A stretch of 64,000 nt of DNA from an uncultured Eubacteriales bacterium (lineage in GTDB: Bacteria > Bacillota > Clostridia > Christensenellales > DTU072), in the NCBI GenBank assembly GCA_949292905.1, contig CASFAV010000003.1, positions 32,050-96,049 on the forward strand. Direction: 5' to 3'. A program made the position numbers and the translations under genes. Positions within the stretch are counted from its first letter, which is position 1; the number at the start of each line of letters is the position of its first letter. The notes below the pieces were generated by a model. It ran no database searches, had not been told where the DNA came from, and saw nothing but the letters and a program-made list of their open reading frames with translations. Of this stretch, positions 1-11,484 are shown in pieces.

Positions 1-1
1 G

Positions 2-457
2 CAGGTAATAGTCGTGTTCTACGGACCGGGGTTGTGGTTCGACACTCCGGTCAGCTCGCGGCTCACGGCGGTAATAGTGGCGTTCGTCATCAACTACGCC
101 TGTTATTTTTCGGAGATATACCGCGGCGGCATCGAGAGCATCACGCGCGGTCAGTACGAAGCGGGCGCGGTGCTCGGTATGACCAAGACGCAGATATTCT
201 TCCGCGTGATACTTTTGCAGGTCGTGAAGCGCATCATACCGCCGATGTCCAACGAGATAATCACTCTCGTCAAGGACACTTCGCTTGCCCGCGTCATCAC
301 CGTCGCGGAACTTATCAAGGAAGCGCAGGAGATAGTCAATATCTACGGCATATTGTGGCCGATATTCTTCACGGCGGTATTCTACCTTATATTCGTAGGC
401 ATATTGACGCTTCTGTTCAATTTCCTCGAGAAAAAATTATCCTATTTCAAGGCGTGA
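2..457 (+). CDS. Polar amino-acid ABC transporter permease, C-terminal part (5' end outside window)
   Basis: The reading frame is open to the window edge. It has hydrophobic TM segments and the permease loop 'EIYRGGIESITRGQYEAGAVLGMT', typical of HisM/GlnP-type permeases. The cognate ATPase gene starts 2 nt after the stop. Confidence 0.8.
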   Translation, partial: QVIVVFYGPGLWFDTPVSSRLTAVIVAFVINYACYFSEIYRGGIESITRGQYEAGAVLGMTKTQIFFRVILLQVVKRIIPPMSNEIITLVKDTSLARVITVAELIKEAQEIVNIYGILWPIFFTAVFYLIFVGILTLLFNFLEKKLSYFKA

Positions 458-458
458 T

Positions 459-1286
459 ATGGCGTTACTGGAAGTAAAGAACATTTCAAAAAATTTCGGC
501 ACCACGCGCGTGCTGAAAGACATAAATTTCGAGGTGGACAAGGGTGAAGTGCTCGTGCTCATCGGCTCGTCCGGTTCGGGCAAGACCACGCTGCTGCGTT
601 GCTTAAACTTCCTCGAAACGCCCGACACCGGGAAAATAATACTGAACGGAGAAACTCTCGTCGACGCGGGCGCGGGCTCGAAGCGCGAGAGCGAAAGCGG
701 CATACGCAAGAAAAGACTGCATTTCGGAATGGTATTCCAAAGCTTCAACCTTTTCCCGCAGTATAACGTTTTGCGCAACGTGACGCTCGCGATGGACATA
801 TTGTCGAAAGAGTCTTTGAAAAAGCCTTCGCCGTTCAAACTTGCCGAATTGAGAGAATACCGCAGGAAATGCGCCGAGATATACGCCGAGAACGAAAAGA
901 AGGCGCTCGCGCTTATAGAAAGGGTAGGGCTCATAGACAAAGTGAAGAATTATCCCTGCGAGCTGTCCGGAGGACAGTGTCAGCGCGTGGCGATAGCGCG
1001 CGCACTCGCGCTGAGCCCGGACATCCTGTGTTTCGACGAACCTACGAGCGCGCTCGATCCAGAACTTACCGGCGAAGTCCTCAAGGTCATCAAAGGGCTC
1101 AAGTCGAGCGACAGGACTATGATAGTGGTCACGCACGAGATGGAGTTCGCCCGCGGCGTAGCCGACAAAGTGATATTTATGGCTGACGGAGTTATCGAGG
1201 AAACGGGTACTCCGGAAGAAGTTTTCGGCAACCCGAAATCGCCGAAAACGAAAGCGTTTCTGAGCAAAGCCGCGGAGGTGGTGTGA
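459..1286 (+). CDS. Amino-acid ABC transporter ATP-binding protein
   Basis: Walker A GSSGSGKTT, ABC signature LSGGQCQRVAIARAL, Walker B ILCFDEPTSALD and H-loop VVTHEM are all present. It is adjacent to the permease. Confidence 0.9.
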   Translation: MALLEVKNISKNFGTTRVLKDINFEVDKGEVLVLIGSSGSGKTTLLRCLNFLETPDTGKIILNGETLVDAGAGSKRESESGIRKKRLHFGMVFQSFNLFPQYNVLRNVTLAMDILSKESLKKPSPFKLAELREYRRKCAEIYAENEKKALALIERVGLIDKVKNYPCELSGGQCQRVAIARALALSPDILCFDEPTSALDPELTGEVLKVIKGLKSSDRTMIVVTHEMEFARGVADKVIFMADGVIEETGTPEEVFGNPKSPKTKAFLSKAAEVV

Positions 1287-1570
1287 TGGAAAACAAAGAG
1301 CAAGCTATCGCCCGTCTGTACGAAGTGCTCGCGGGCATATCCGACGCCAAAGAGTGCGCCTTGTTTTTGGAAGATCTGTGCACGCATAAGGAAATAGAGC
1401 AGATGGCGCAGCGCGTAAAGGCAGCCGAACTTCTGCTCGACGGCAAAACGTACGCCCAGGTCATAGCGGAAACGGATATTTCCTCCGCTACGTTGAGCCG
1501 CGTTTCCCGCTGTATCCGTTACGGCGACGGCGGGTATCGTCGCGCACTGAAAAAGGACGGTAACGAGTGA
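1283..1570 (+). CDS. TrpR-related YerC/YecD-family DNA-binding protein
   Basis: This 95-aa protein carries 'LCTHKEIEQMAQRVKAAELLLDGKTYAQVIAETDISSATLSRVSRCIRYG', the HTH signature I recall for the Trp-repressor-like YerC/YecD family. Its start overlaps the upstream stop by 4 nt. Confidence 0.7.
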   Translation: MMENKEQAIARLYEVLAGISDAKECALFLEDLCTHKEIEQMAQRVKAAELLLDGKTYAQVIAETDISSATLSRVSRCIRYGDGGYRRALKKDGNE

Positions 1571-1602
1571 TCCTTTTCGTTTAGCGTCCGCTTCGACCGC
1601 TT

Positions 1603-1628
1603 ACCGCCCCACGGGGCGGTTTTATTTT
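1603..1628 (+). terminator. Intrinsic terminator
   Basis: GC-rich hairpin accgcccc/ggggcggt followed by ttttatttt. Confidence 0.7.
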
Positions 1629-1670
1629 GCCGAGCGGGCGTTGAGGCGTAAAAAGGCTTAAAAATGCGTA

Positions 1671-1699
1671 TTGACGAAACCTTTATTTGGTATTATAAT
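1671..1699 (+). promoter_or_regulatory. Sigma-70-type promoter for gldA-dak
   Basis: TTGACG (1671-1676), a 17-nt spacer, then TATAAT (1694-1699). It lies about 60 nt upstream of the gldA ATG. Confidence 0.65.
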
Positions 1700-1757
1700 G
1701 ATTTTACAGTGTTAATTTGCTGTTTTCAAAAAAAACTCAATAAAAGGAGATTTCATA

Positions 1758-2894
1758 ATGAGAAAAGCATTTATTTGCCCCACCAAGTACGTACAAGGCG
1801 AAGACGAGCTCCTTAACCTCGGTTACTTCGTCAAAACCTTCGGCAAGAGAGCTCTGCTCATCGCGCACAAGGACGACTCCGCCCGCGTTCAAGCGAAACT
1901 CGACGCTACCGCCGCGCAGTATAAGATCGAGTTCATCAAAGTGGACTTCACCGGCGAGTGCTCCCGTCAGGAAGTGGCAAGACTTCAGAAGATAGCCAAA
2001 GAGAACAAATGCGCTTGTACGATAGGGCTCGGCGGCGGTAAAGCCATCGACACCGCGAAATGCGTGGCCGAAGGCAACGCCCTCATTATCTGCCCCACCA
2101 TAGCGGCGACCGACGCTCCCACCTCGCACTCCGCGGTGCTTTATACTCCGGACGGCGCCTTCGACGATTACGCATACTTCAAGCAGAGCCCCAGCGTGGT
2201 CCTCATCGACACCACCGTTATCGCCAACGCTCCCGTGCGTTTCCTCGTATCGGGCATGGGCGACGCGCTCTCCACTTATTTCGAAGCTCGCGCCAACGTT
2301 CAGTCCTACGGCAACGTAAACGCGGGACTTCCCTGCGGCGCCAACCGCACCAAGGGAACGCTCCTCGCCAGAGGCACCAAAGCCGCTTTCGCGCTGGCTA
2401 CCCTCTGCTATGAGAACCTCCTCGCGGACGGCTACAAAGCCATGCTTTCCTGCGAAGCCAAGAAGGTCACTCCCGCTCTCGAGAATATCGTAGAGACCAA
2501 TATACTTCTTTCCGGTCTCGGCTTCGAGTCCGGCGGTCTTGCCGCGGCGCACGCCATTCACGACGGACTTACCGTGCTCGAGGAAACTCATAAGTACTTC
2601 CACGGCGAGAAGGTGGCGTTCGGCACCATCTGCCAGCTCGTTCTCGAGAACGCGCCCACCGAGGAGATCGACGAAGTCATCGGCTTCTGCCTCGAAGTTG
2701 GACTTCCCGTATGTCTTGCCGACCTCGGCGTAGAGGATATCGGCGACAGGCTCATGACCGTTGCGGAGAAAGCGTGCATACCGGACGAATCCGTCCACTT
2801 CATGCCCTTCCCCGTCACCGCGGCGGACGTTGCGGCGGCTATCGTCACCGCAGACAAACTCGGCGAAGCCGCGAAAGCGGGTTGCTGCTGCTAA
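1758..2894 (+). CDS. gldA: Glycerol dehydrogenase (iron-containing ADH family)
   Basis: 378 aa with 'GLGGGKAIDTAK', 'ATDAPTS' and 'AAAHAIHDG' metal/NAD motifs, as in GldA. RBS AAGGAG. It is followed by dihydroxyacetone kinase. Confidence 0.9.
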   Translation: MRKAFICPTKYVQGEDELLNLGYFVKTFGKRALLIAHKDDSARVQAKLDATAAQYKIEFIKVDFTGECSRQEVARLQKIAKENKCACTIGLGGGKAIDTAKCVAEGNALIICPTIAATDAPTSHSAVLYTPDGAFDDYAYFKQSPSVVLIDTTVIANAPVRFLVSGMGDALSTYFEARANVQSYGNVNAGLPCGANRTKGTLLARGTKAAFALATLCYENLLADGYKAMLSCEAKKVTPALENIVETNILLSGLGFESGGLAAAHAIHDGLTVLEETHKYFHGEKVAFGTICQLVLENAPTEEIDEVIGFCLEVGLPVCLADLGVEDIGDRLMTVAEKACIPDESVHFMPFPVTAADVAAAIVTADKLGEAAKAGCCC

Positions 2895-2960
2895 AAAGTC
2901 TGATTTATCGCGTGCCGATAGGGAAACCTGTCGGCACGATTTTATCCGGAGGTACAAGAT

Positions 2961-4763
2961 ATGAAGAAAATAATGAATACTGCCGATACTTTCGTATACG
3001 ATATGTGTCACGGCTTGGCGAAGGCGCATCCCGAACTCGAATTCGTGGAAAAATACAAGATCGTCAAGAAGAAAGCGCTCGACAGGAATAAAGTGTCGCT
3101 CATCTCGGGCGGCGGATCGGGGCACGAACCCGCTCACGCGGGCTTCGTGGGCAAGGGAATGCTCGACGCCGCGGTGTGCGGCGACGTATTCGCCTCTCCC
3201 TCGCAGATACAGGTCTATAACGCCCTGAAGCTCACCGCTTCCAAGAAGGGCACGCTGATGATAGTCAAGAACTATTCCGGCGACTGTATGAACTTCAATA
3301 ACGCGGCGGCGCTTGCCAAAGACGAGGGCATAGAGGTCGACGCCGTGTACGTCAACGACGACATAGCGGTCAAGGACAGCCTTTACACCGTGGGAAGGCG
3401 CGGAGTCGCCGGCACCGTATTCGTGCATAAAATAGCCGGAGCATGTGCCGAAAAAGGCGGCTCGCTCGCCGAAGTCAAAGCGGTGGCGCAGAAGGTCATC
3501 GACAATATCCGTTCGTTCGGTTTCGCGCTCACTTCCTGCACGGTACCCGCGGCTGGCTCGCCCACTTTCGAGATAGGCGAGGACGAGATGGAATTCGGCG
3601 TGGGTATCCACGGCGAACCCGGCAGAAAGAGAGAGAAGCTCCAGACCGCCGATCAGCTTGCCGCAAGAATAGTGCCCGACCTTATGGAGGATCTCAAGCT
3701 CAAGAAGGGCGAGGAAATAGCGCTCCTCATCAACGGTTTCGGCGGAAGTCCTTTGCAGGAGCTGTATCTTTTCAATAATTCGGTGACCAAGGAGCTCGAA
3801 AAAGCTGGCGTCAAGATCTATAAGACTCTCGTCGGCAACTATATGACCAGTATCGATATGGCTGGCGCTTCGGTCACTTTCCTCCGTCTCGACGACGAAC
3901 TGAAAGGGTATCTCGATTATCCCGTGGCTACTCCCGCGATCACCTGGGGCGGAGCGTCCGCGGAAGCTCTCGCTTGTCAGGAAGCGATAGCGGCTCTCGC
4001 TAAAGCGCTCAACATCACTCCCGGCGCGTTTACCGCAAAAGCGGCGGACGACGGCGCTGTGGCGGCGGAAGAGGAGAGCGACGAGGGCAAGACCTACGAA
4101 TTCGAAGGCAAAGCCGTCGTCGGCGAGAAGATCAACACCCCCGGAATGGGCAAACTCGTGGAAATGATGGCGGACATCATCATCGAGAACGAAGTCCCGT
4201 TCTGTAAAGCGGACCGTTGCGGAGACGGTGACTTCGGAATGAGTATCGCCAAGGGCTTCAAACAGCTCAAAGTCGATTGGGCTACCCGTAAGAAGGGCAA
4301 TATAGGCGAATTCCTCGTAAGCTGTTCCGAAATTATCATGGAATACTGCGGCGGCGCGTCGGGACCCATCTGGGGATCGGCATTCCGTTACGCGGGTAAA
4401 GCGGTAGCGGGCAAGAAGGAGATCGATCTTGCGGGACTCGCGGCTATATTCCAAGCGGCTGTCGAAGGCGTACAGGAAACGGGCAGAAAGAGCTTCGGAA
4501 AGGGCGCCGTGGTAGGCGACAAGACTCTTATAGACGCTCTCGTGCCGGCGGCGGACTCTTTAAGCGAATGCGCGAAGAAGGGTTGCAAGATGAAAGCCGC
4601 CATGGCTAAATCCGCAGAAGCCGCGGTGGCAGGCGCGGAAGCCACGAAGTTCATTCAGGCGAAGATGGGCAGAGCAGGAGTCACCGATTCCGAAGGTTAT
4701 CCCGACGCGGGCGCATACGGACTCGGCGTAATTTTCACCGAGATCGTCAAACGCCTCGGATAA
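2961..4763 (+). CDS. Dihydroxyacetone kinase, fused DhaK-DhaL (ATP-dependent type)
   Basis: 600 aa. The N-terminal Dak1 motif 'SGGGSGHEPAHAGFVGKGMLDAAVCGDVFASPS' is present. The C-terminal Dak2 region carries 'DGDFG' and 'GASGPIWG'. RBS GGAGG. Confidence 0.9.
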   Translation: MKKIMNTADTFVYDMCHGLAKAHPELEFVEKYKIVKKKALDRNKVSLISGGGSGHEPAHAGFVGKGMLDAAVCGDVFASPSQIQVYNALKLTASKKGTLMIVKNYSGDCMNFNNAAALAKDEGIEVDAVYVNDDIAVKDSLYTVGRRGVAGTVFVHKIAGACAEKGGSLAEVKAVAQKVIDNIRSFGFALTSCTVPAAGSPTFEIGEDEMEFGVGIHGEPGRKREKLQTADQLAARIVPDLMEDLKLKKGEEIALLINGFGGSPLQELYLFNNSVTKELEKAGVKIYKTLVGNYMTSIDMAGASVTFLRLDDELKGYLDYPVATPAITWGGASAEALACQEAIAALAKALNITPGAFTAKAADDGAVAAEEESDEGKTYEFEGKAVVGEKINTPGMGKLVEMMADIIIENEVPFCKADRCGDGDFGMSIAKGFKQLKVDWATRKKGNIGEFLVSCSEIIMEYCGGASGPIWGSAFRYAGKAVAGKKEIDLAGLAAIFQAAVEGVQETGRKSFGKGAVVGDKTLIDALVPAADSLSECAKKGCKMKAAMAKSAEAAVAGAEATKFIQAKMGRAGVTDSEGYPDAGAYGLGVIFTEIVKRLG

Positions 4764-4785
4764 AAACAAATTTAATATACGGAAT

Positions 4786-4812
4786 AAAGGCGCCCCGTCG
4801 GGGCGCCTTTAA
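4786..4812. terminator. Bidirectional intrinsic terminator between convergent genes
   Basis: Hairpin aaaggcgcccc-gtc-ggggcgccttt, with an A-run before it and a T-run after it. Confidence 0.8.
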
Positions 4813-4851
4813 TTCGGTCAAATAATTCTTACTGCGTAACGGAAACGGCTT

Positions 4852-5472
4852 CTAACGTTCGTGCGGAGCTTGCAGCTCTTTTTCGGATACCGCGGCGCGA
4901 CCGCTCGAGTATCTGTCGTAAGGTCTGCGCGTGACGCGCGCCACCGCTTTCGATATCGGTACGAAAAGCGTAGGGAACACGACGAGGTTCGTGACGATCT
5001 GCGCTATATAGAAGTATATTCCCCTTACGTAGTAAACGGCGAAGCGTTCCGCGAAGTTTTCGAAGTATCCGCTCGCGAGTCCCACGTCGACGAGCGACGA
5101 AAAGACTCCGAACGCCACCGTCAATACTACGGCTACGGCGGTATATAATATCCTGTTTGGCTTTGTAAAAAGGGACAAAAGAATGAACGCCACGCACACC
5201 AGCGGCCAATGGACGAAATAGGATATCACCCACGTTCCGAAGCCGTAGATAAGCGTTTCCGTCACGACGAAAACGTATACCGCGATAAGCCCGGTGACGC
5301 CCAGAACGTAGCCATACACGGCGCACAGAAGCGTCACTATCTCCACGTTGGGAATAGCTGAAAGTACGAACTTGCCTCCGACGAGCGTAGCGGCAGCCAT
5401 TGCCGCATATGCTATTTCTGTTGCCCCGAAACGATTTTTCGGTTGCCCTATATAACGTTTCACGTTATTCAC
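4852..5472 (-). CDS. Multi-pass membrane protein, ECF-transporter S-component-like (probable corrinoid uptake)
   Basis: 206 aa, about 5-6 hydrophobic helices, GTG start overlapping the upstream stop. It is the second gene behind a cobalamin riboswitch. Confidence 0.6.
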   Translation of the reverse strand: MNNVKRYIGQPKNRFGATEIAYAAMAAATLVGGKFVLSAIPNVEIVTLLCAVYGYVLGVTGLIAVYVFVVTETLIYGFGTWVISYFVHWPLVCVAFILLSLFTKPNRILYTAVAVVLTVAFGVFSSLVDVGLASGYFENFAERFAVYYVRGIYFYIAQIVTNLVVFPTLFVPISKAVARVTRRPYDRYSSGRAAVSEKELQAPHER

Positions 5473-5935
5473 CGTATATTGTCGTACCTATGTAAACGGT
5501 GCAGTTCGCGAGTATCGTCATCTCGCCCGCGCCCACTCCGCTCGAAGTAAGCGACGTATCTTTGTAGGTCATTGTCTTGACGTTTTCGCTGACGTCGAAA
5601 TCGGATTCCACCGTGGTAAACAGATAGATATACTCGCCTTTGGCGGAGTCCGGCTTGAGATCGCCGACTTCGTACAGCAGACCTTTTTTCTCAACGTAGT
5701 CAAGCTCGTATTGAGCCTTTGCCGCGTCGAGTACGTCCGTCAGGCTGCAATTACGTTTCATGCCGTCGAGTTCGATCTCGTATTCGGCGGGTTCTTCCGT
5801 GCCTACGACCAAGGTCATGGTATCTTTTTTGCCGAATACGTCGTCATTTTCGCAGGCGGTAAGCGCCGTTGCGGCGTTCACGGCGAAGACGACGGCGAGA
5901 ATTACGGTTACGAGTGCTTTCAGGTGCTTATTCAT
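5465..5935 (-). CDS. Lipoprotein, DUF4430/transcobalamin-like candidate B12-binding protein
   Basis: I trimmed the track ORF (5465..6061) to the internal ATG at 5935, which is preceded by GGAGG. The signal peptide plus lipobox 'ALTAC' is present. The extended N-terminus would overlap the riboswitch. The family call rests on memory of the DUF4430 pattern and the B12-riboswitch context. Confidence 0.6.
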   Translation of the reverse strand: MNKHLKALVTVILAVVFAVNAATALTACENDDVFGKKDTMTLVVGTEEPAEYEIELDGMKRNCSLTDVLDAAKAQYELDYVEKKGLLYEVGDLKPDSAKGEYIYLFTTVESDFDVSENVKTMTYKDTSLTSSGVGAGEMTILANCTVYIGTTIYGE

Positions 5936-5967
5936 GCGCCCCTCCTGATGATTATTTTCGGGCGCGG

Positions 5968-6179
5968 GAAAAACAAACCTTCCCGTAGGGGAAGGCGAAA
6001 ATACGGAAAGCTCGTTTCCGTTTTTTTGCGTCCTTCTCTTGCCCAAAGACGGCTTGTTCATCTGCGGGGCAGGTCTTCCGACTTACGGTTTTCACCGATC
6101 ACGGTAATGGCTGTTGCGACGGATTTTCACCGAGATTCCCACTGTTGACGGCTTGCGGTAACGCTTCCGAACCTCGCAG
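5968..6179 (-). promoter_or_regulatory. Cobalamin (B12) riboswitch with terminator expression platform
   Basis: The minus strand reads ...GGGAATCTCGGTGAAAATCCGTCGCAACAGCCATTACCGTG...AAGTCGGAAGACCTGCCCCGCAG. This matches the conserved GGGAA-GGTGAAA-TCC core and the B12 box (AGTCGGAAGACCTGCC). P1 pairs ctgcg (6179-6175) with cgcag (6066-6062). A downstream hairpin ccttccc/gggaagg plus T-run lies at 5968-5996. Confidence 0.85.
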
Positions 6180-6249
6180 TTTTAAGTTTTGACGGAGTAT
6201 TCCCCGTATGTTTAAGTTTACTGCCCGAAAGGGCGTTTGTCAACGGTAT

Positions 6250-8628
<2,379 letters not shown>

Positions 8629-8638
8629 AGAGTCGTCC

Positions 8639-9277
8639 TCAGCGTTTGTCTCTGCGGTAGGCGCAATCGGTTTTTGCGCATAAGGCGCACCGCGAAGCGC
8701 AAGCTTTGCGGGTCTCGCCTTCTTTAAGAATGCCTATCACCGCCGTGACCGATTTGAGCGGGGAAAGGGTATAGTTCTCGTCGACGCACACTCCTATGCG
8801 CGTAGGCGTATTGAGCAGAGCGCAAATATCCTTCTGCGCGGATATCGGGAAGTCGCCGTATCCGCAGGAGAAGCGCGGAAGAAGTATCCTTGAGCATTCT
8901 TTTTCAAGTTCTTCCGCGCGCTCGTCAAGATAGCTTTCTATAGCGCACGACGCCGCGGCGTCGAATATGAGAGCGTCGGTGCGGCTTACGGCAGTAAGCC
9001 GCGTAAGTTCGCGTTCTATACCCGCGCCAACGGTCGCCGCAATCAGATATACTTCGTCTACTCCTGACAAATATCCGACGATATCGGATCCCTCAAACTT
9101 AACTCCGGTATCCGAAAGCGCGCCGTTCGCGTAAGCGAATTTACGTACCACCGAGCGCGGCGCGGCTACTTCCAAGCACCGCGCGCTCATTCTTTCCAAA
9201 GAGTCCGACGTAACGCCGTCGAGCGGTTGACCCCGCCAACCGAGGTATCTCAGAAGCTCCGCGCGATCGATTTTCAT
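8639..9277 (-). CDS. Stand-alone MetH reactivation (AdoMet-binding) domain protein
   Basis: 212 aa. 'LPRFSCGYGDFPISAQKDICALL' and 'LSPLKSVTAVIGI' resemble the Met_synt_B12 activation-domain pattern. It sits between metF and metH. It has a C-terminal Cys cluster, CASRCALCAKTDC. Confidence 0.65.
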   Translation of the reverse strand: MKIDRAELLRYLGWRGQPLDGVTSDSLERMSARCLEVAAPRSVVRKFAYANGALSDTGVKFEGSDIVGYLSGVDEVYLIAATVGAGIERELTRLTAVSRTDALIFDAAASCAIESYLDERAEELEKECSRILLPRFSCGYGDFPISAQKDICALLNTPTRIGVCVDENYTLSPLKSVTAVIGILKEGETRKACASRCALCAKTDCAYRRDKR

Positions 9278-10152
9278 TGTCTGTTCACGCTTCGGAGCAT
9301 CGGCGAAACGTTGCTCGTAAGCTTGCGCGCAACTTCGGCATTGTTCATCACGTACAGGTGTACGCCGTCCGCGCCCGAAGCTATCAGATCCGCTATCTGG
9401 TCGGTCGCATACGCGATACCCGCCGCCATGAGCGATTCCGGTTCGTCGTAAAAACGCGCTATCATGCGCGAAATCTTATTGGGTATCTTTGCGCCCGACA
9501 GACTTATTATTCTGTCCACGTGATTCTTTTTCACGAGGGGCATTATTCCCGCCTGCACCGGCACGTTTATGCCAGCCGCGCGTATTTTATCGATGAAACG
9601 ATAAAAATCCTCGTTGTCGAAGAAAAGCTGCGTCACGAGATGAGTGACGCCGCAATCCACTTTCATTTTGAGGTATTCGATATCCTTTTCCGGCGACGGA
9701 CTTTCGGGGTGACATTCTGGATAACAAGCCGCCGCGACGTCGAAACCGTAATCGGATGCGTGAATGTGGCGGATAAGATCGCCCGCGTAACGGAATTCTC
9801 CCGAATCGGCCACGCCCGCCATTCTGTCGCCTCTGAGAGCAAGGATGTTTTCGACTCCTTTTTCTTTCAGGAAGGCGAGAGAAGCGTCTATTTCTTCGGC
9901 GGAGGAATTCACGCAGGTAAGGTGCGCCAGCGGCTCTACCCCGTATTTGTTGCGGAGCATGTCGACTATTTCGGGCATTCTCGAATTTCCCGATCCGCCC
10001 GCACTGCAGGTGACCGATATGTAGTCGGGTGCAAGACTCGCGAGCTCCGATATCGCTTTTTCGATCACGCCGAGGTCGGCGGTGGGCTTGGGCGGGAATA
10101 TCTCGAAAGAATAAAGCGCCTTCTTGTTTCTGAACAGTTCGGAGATCCTCAT
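9274..10152 (-). CDS. metF: 5,10-methylenetetrahydrofolate reductase
   Basis: 292 aa with an N-terminus 'YSFEIFPPK...' and an overall MetF-like TIM barrel. It overlaps the downstream gene by 4 nt. Confidence 0.9.
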   Translation of the reverse strand: MRISELFRNKKALYSFEIFPPKPTADLGVIEKAISELASLAPDYISVTCSAGGSGNSRMPEIVDMLRNKYGVEPLAHLTCVNSSAEEIDASLAFLKEKGVENILALRGDRMAGVADSGEFRYAGDLIRHIHASDYGFDVAAACYPECHPESPSPEKDIEYLKMKVDCGVTHLVTQLFFDNEDFYRFIDKIRAAGINVPVQAGIMPLVKKNHVDRIISLSGAKIPNKISRMIARFYDEPESLMAAGIAYATDQIADLIASGADGVHLYVMNNAEVARKLTSNVSPMLRSVNRQ

Positions 10153-10206
10153 ATAACACTACCTTCCGCATAACGCACGCGCGGAGCGCGCCCGATAATA
10201 TAAGTT

Positions 10207-10235
10207 ATTATACTCGTAAGCAGTCCAATAATCAA
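10207..10235 (-). promoter_or_regulatory. Sigma-70-type promoter for the metF-metH operon
   Basis: The minus strand reads TTGATT (10235-10230), a 17-nt spacer, then TATAAT (10212-10207). Confidence 0.65.
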
Positions 10236-10265
10236 GGCAAATTAACGAAATCCGTGCCCGATAAC

Positions 10266-10297
10266 GAAAAAAGCCGGAACGACGAAACGTTCCGGCT
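10266..10297 (-). terminator. Intrinsic terminator of the upstream redox-pair operon
   Basis: Hairpin agccggaacg/cgttccggct followed by a T-run on the minus strand. Confidence 0.8.
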
Positions 10298-10324
10298 GTC
10301 GAGCGTAAGTGAATTGCGCTTGAT

Positions 10325-11482
10325 TCATTTGACGTTTTGCGGAGGAACGATGAGTTCCATATCGGAATCGGGATACGAGCAGCACGGATGGATATACGAG
10401 AATTTTGCGTCCGCGAGCCTGCGTTTGTCGGCGCCCGCTATGGAGAACTTGCCTTTTACGAGTTTGCTGTGGCAATATCCGCAACCGCCCGCGCGGCACA
10501 TGGCGGGTACGCGCAATCCCGCGCGTTCCATTGCGACAAGCAGAGTTTCTTCGGCTTTTGCGGGGATCTCGTAAACTTCGTCGAGGATATGAACGGTAAG
10601 TTTATATTCGGCGGGCTTAACGTCGCGATTGGTAACGCAGTTGGCTTCTTTCTTGACGTATTTGCCGCCTACGCCTATCGACGCCAGCTCCTTGTCGAGG
10701 AAATTGTACATGGCGTTAGGACCGCACATCATGACGGTGAAATCCTCGTCGACGTATTTTTTGATGAGCTCGGCGGTCACGAAACCGTGTTCGAATTCCG
10801 CGTTCTCCTCGTCGCTTAAAACGTATACGACTTTGAACTTGTCGCTTACCAATTCGTCGAGCTTGTCTTTGAATACGAGATCGGCTTCGGTACGCGCGCC
10901 GTAGAAAAGCACGAGCCTGAAATCTTCACTGCCTTCGGCTATCGCCTGCGCCATGCTGTAGAAAGGCGTGATACCGCTTCCGCCCGCTATACCTACCACG
11001 AGAGGTCGGTCTTTGAGCGCTTCGTAATGGAAGAAGCCGGAGGGTCCGTTTACGGCGAATTCTCCGCCGACTTCGGCGTTATCGAAAAGCCAGTCGCTGA
11101 AGAAGCCCGCTTTTTTGACGGTGACCGCGACTTTGCCCTCCCTGAGCGCAGTGTACGGAGAGCTCGAGACGGCGTAAGGTCTTGCTACGTAGCTTTCTCC
11201 GACTTTGGCGGAGACGGTGACGTACTGACCGGCGCGGAAAAGCATCTTCGTGCCGAGATCGAATACGTAAGTTTTGGTATCTGCGTTCTCGGTGACGATC
11301 TCGGTGAGGATGGCTTTACGGTTGCCCGGGTGCAATATACGCGCCGTCAGGTTGACGCGATAATCGTTCGGCAGGGGAGCCGCGGAGCCTTCCGCTAATT
11401 TGGCGCGGCGAACGTCGACGGCTTTGCTGAAACGGATGAGATCGAGAAAACCGAATATCTGTTTTTTGAAACGGTATGCCAT
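10325..11482 (-). CDS. FNR-like flavin reductase with C-terminal plant-type [2Fe-2S] ferredoxin domain
   Basis: I trimmed the track ORF to the ATG at 11482 (MAYRFKK...), which is preceded by AAGGAGGG. It has an FAD/NAD-binding fold ('RPYAVSS', 'GIAGGSGITPF') and a C-terminal 'CRAGGCGYCHSKL' cluster motif. Confidence 0.8.
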   Translation of the reverse strand: MAYRFKKQIFGFLDLIRFSKAVDVRRAKLAEGSAAPLPNDYRVNLTARILHPGNRKAILTEIVTENADTKTYVFDLGTKMLFRAGQYVTVSAKVGESYVARPYAVSSSPYTALREGKVAVTVKKAGFFSDWLFDNAEVGGEFAVNGPSGFFHYEALKDRPLVVGIAGGSGITPFYSMAQAIAEGSEDFRLVLFYGARTEADLVFKDKLDELVSDKFKVVYVLSDEENAEFEHGFVTAELIKKYVDEDFTVMMCGPNAMYNFLDKELASIGVGGKYVKKEANCVTNRDVKPAEYKLTVHILDEVYEIPAKAEETLLVAMERAGLRVPAMCRAGGCGYCHSKLVKGKFSIAGADKRRLADAKFSYIHPCCSYPDSDMELIVPPQNVK

Positions 11483-11484
11483 TG

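Noticed and set aside
1737-4454. 905-aa ORF on the minus strand
   Set aside because: It is antisense to gldA and the dihydroxyacetone kinase gene, both of which have clear motifs and RBSs. The product is R/G/E/V-rich low-complexity sequence with no motifs. This is a typical shadow ORF in GC-rich coding DNA.
9277-10173. 298-aa plus-strand ORF and 194-aa minus-strand alternate frame
   Set aside because: They overlap metF, whose frame carries the recognisable MTHFR sequence. They are shadow or alternate-frame ORFs.
10153-10324. Possible SAM riboswitch or T-box upstream of metF-metH
   Set aside because: The leader is only about 55 nt from the predicted -10 to the ATG. The remaining sequence is the terminator of the upstream operon. 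No conserved SAM-I or T-box elements were seen.
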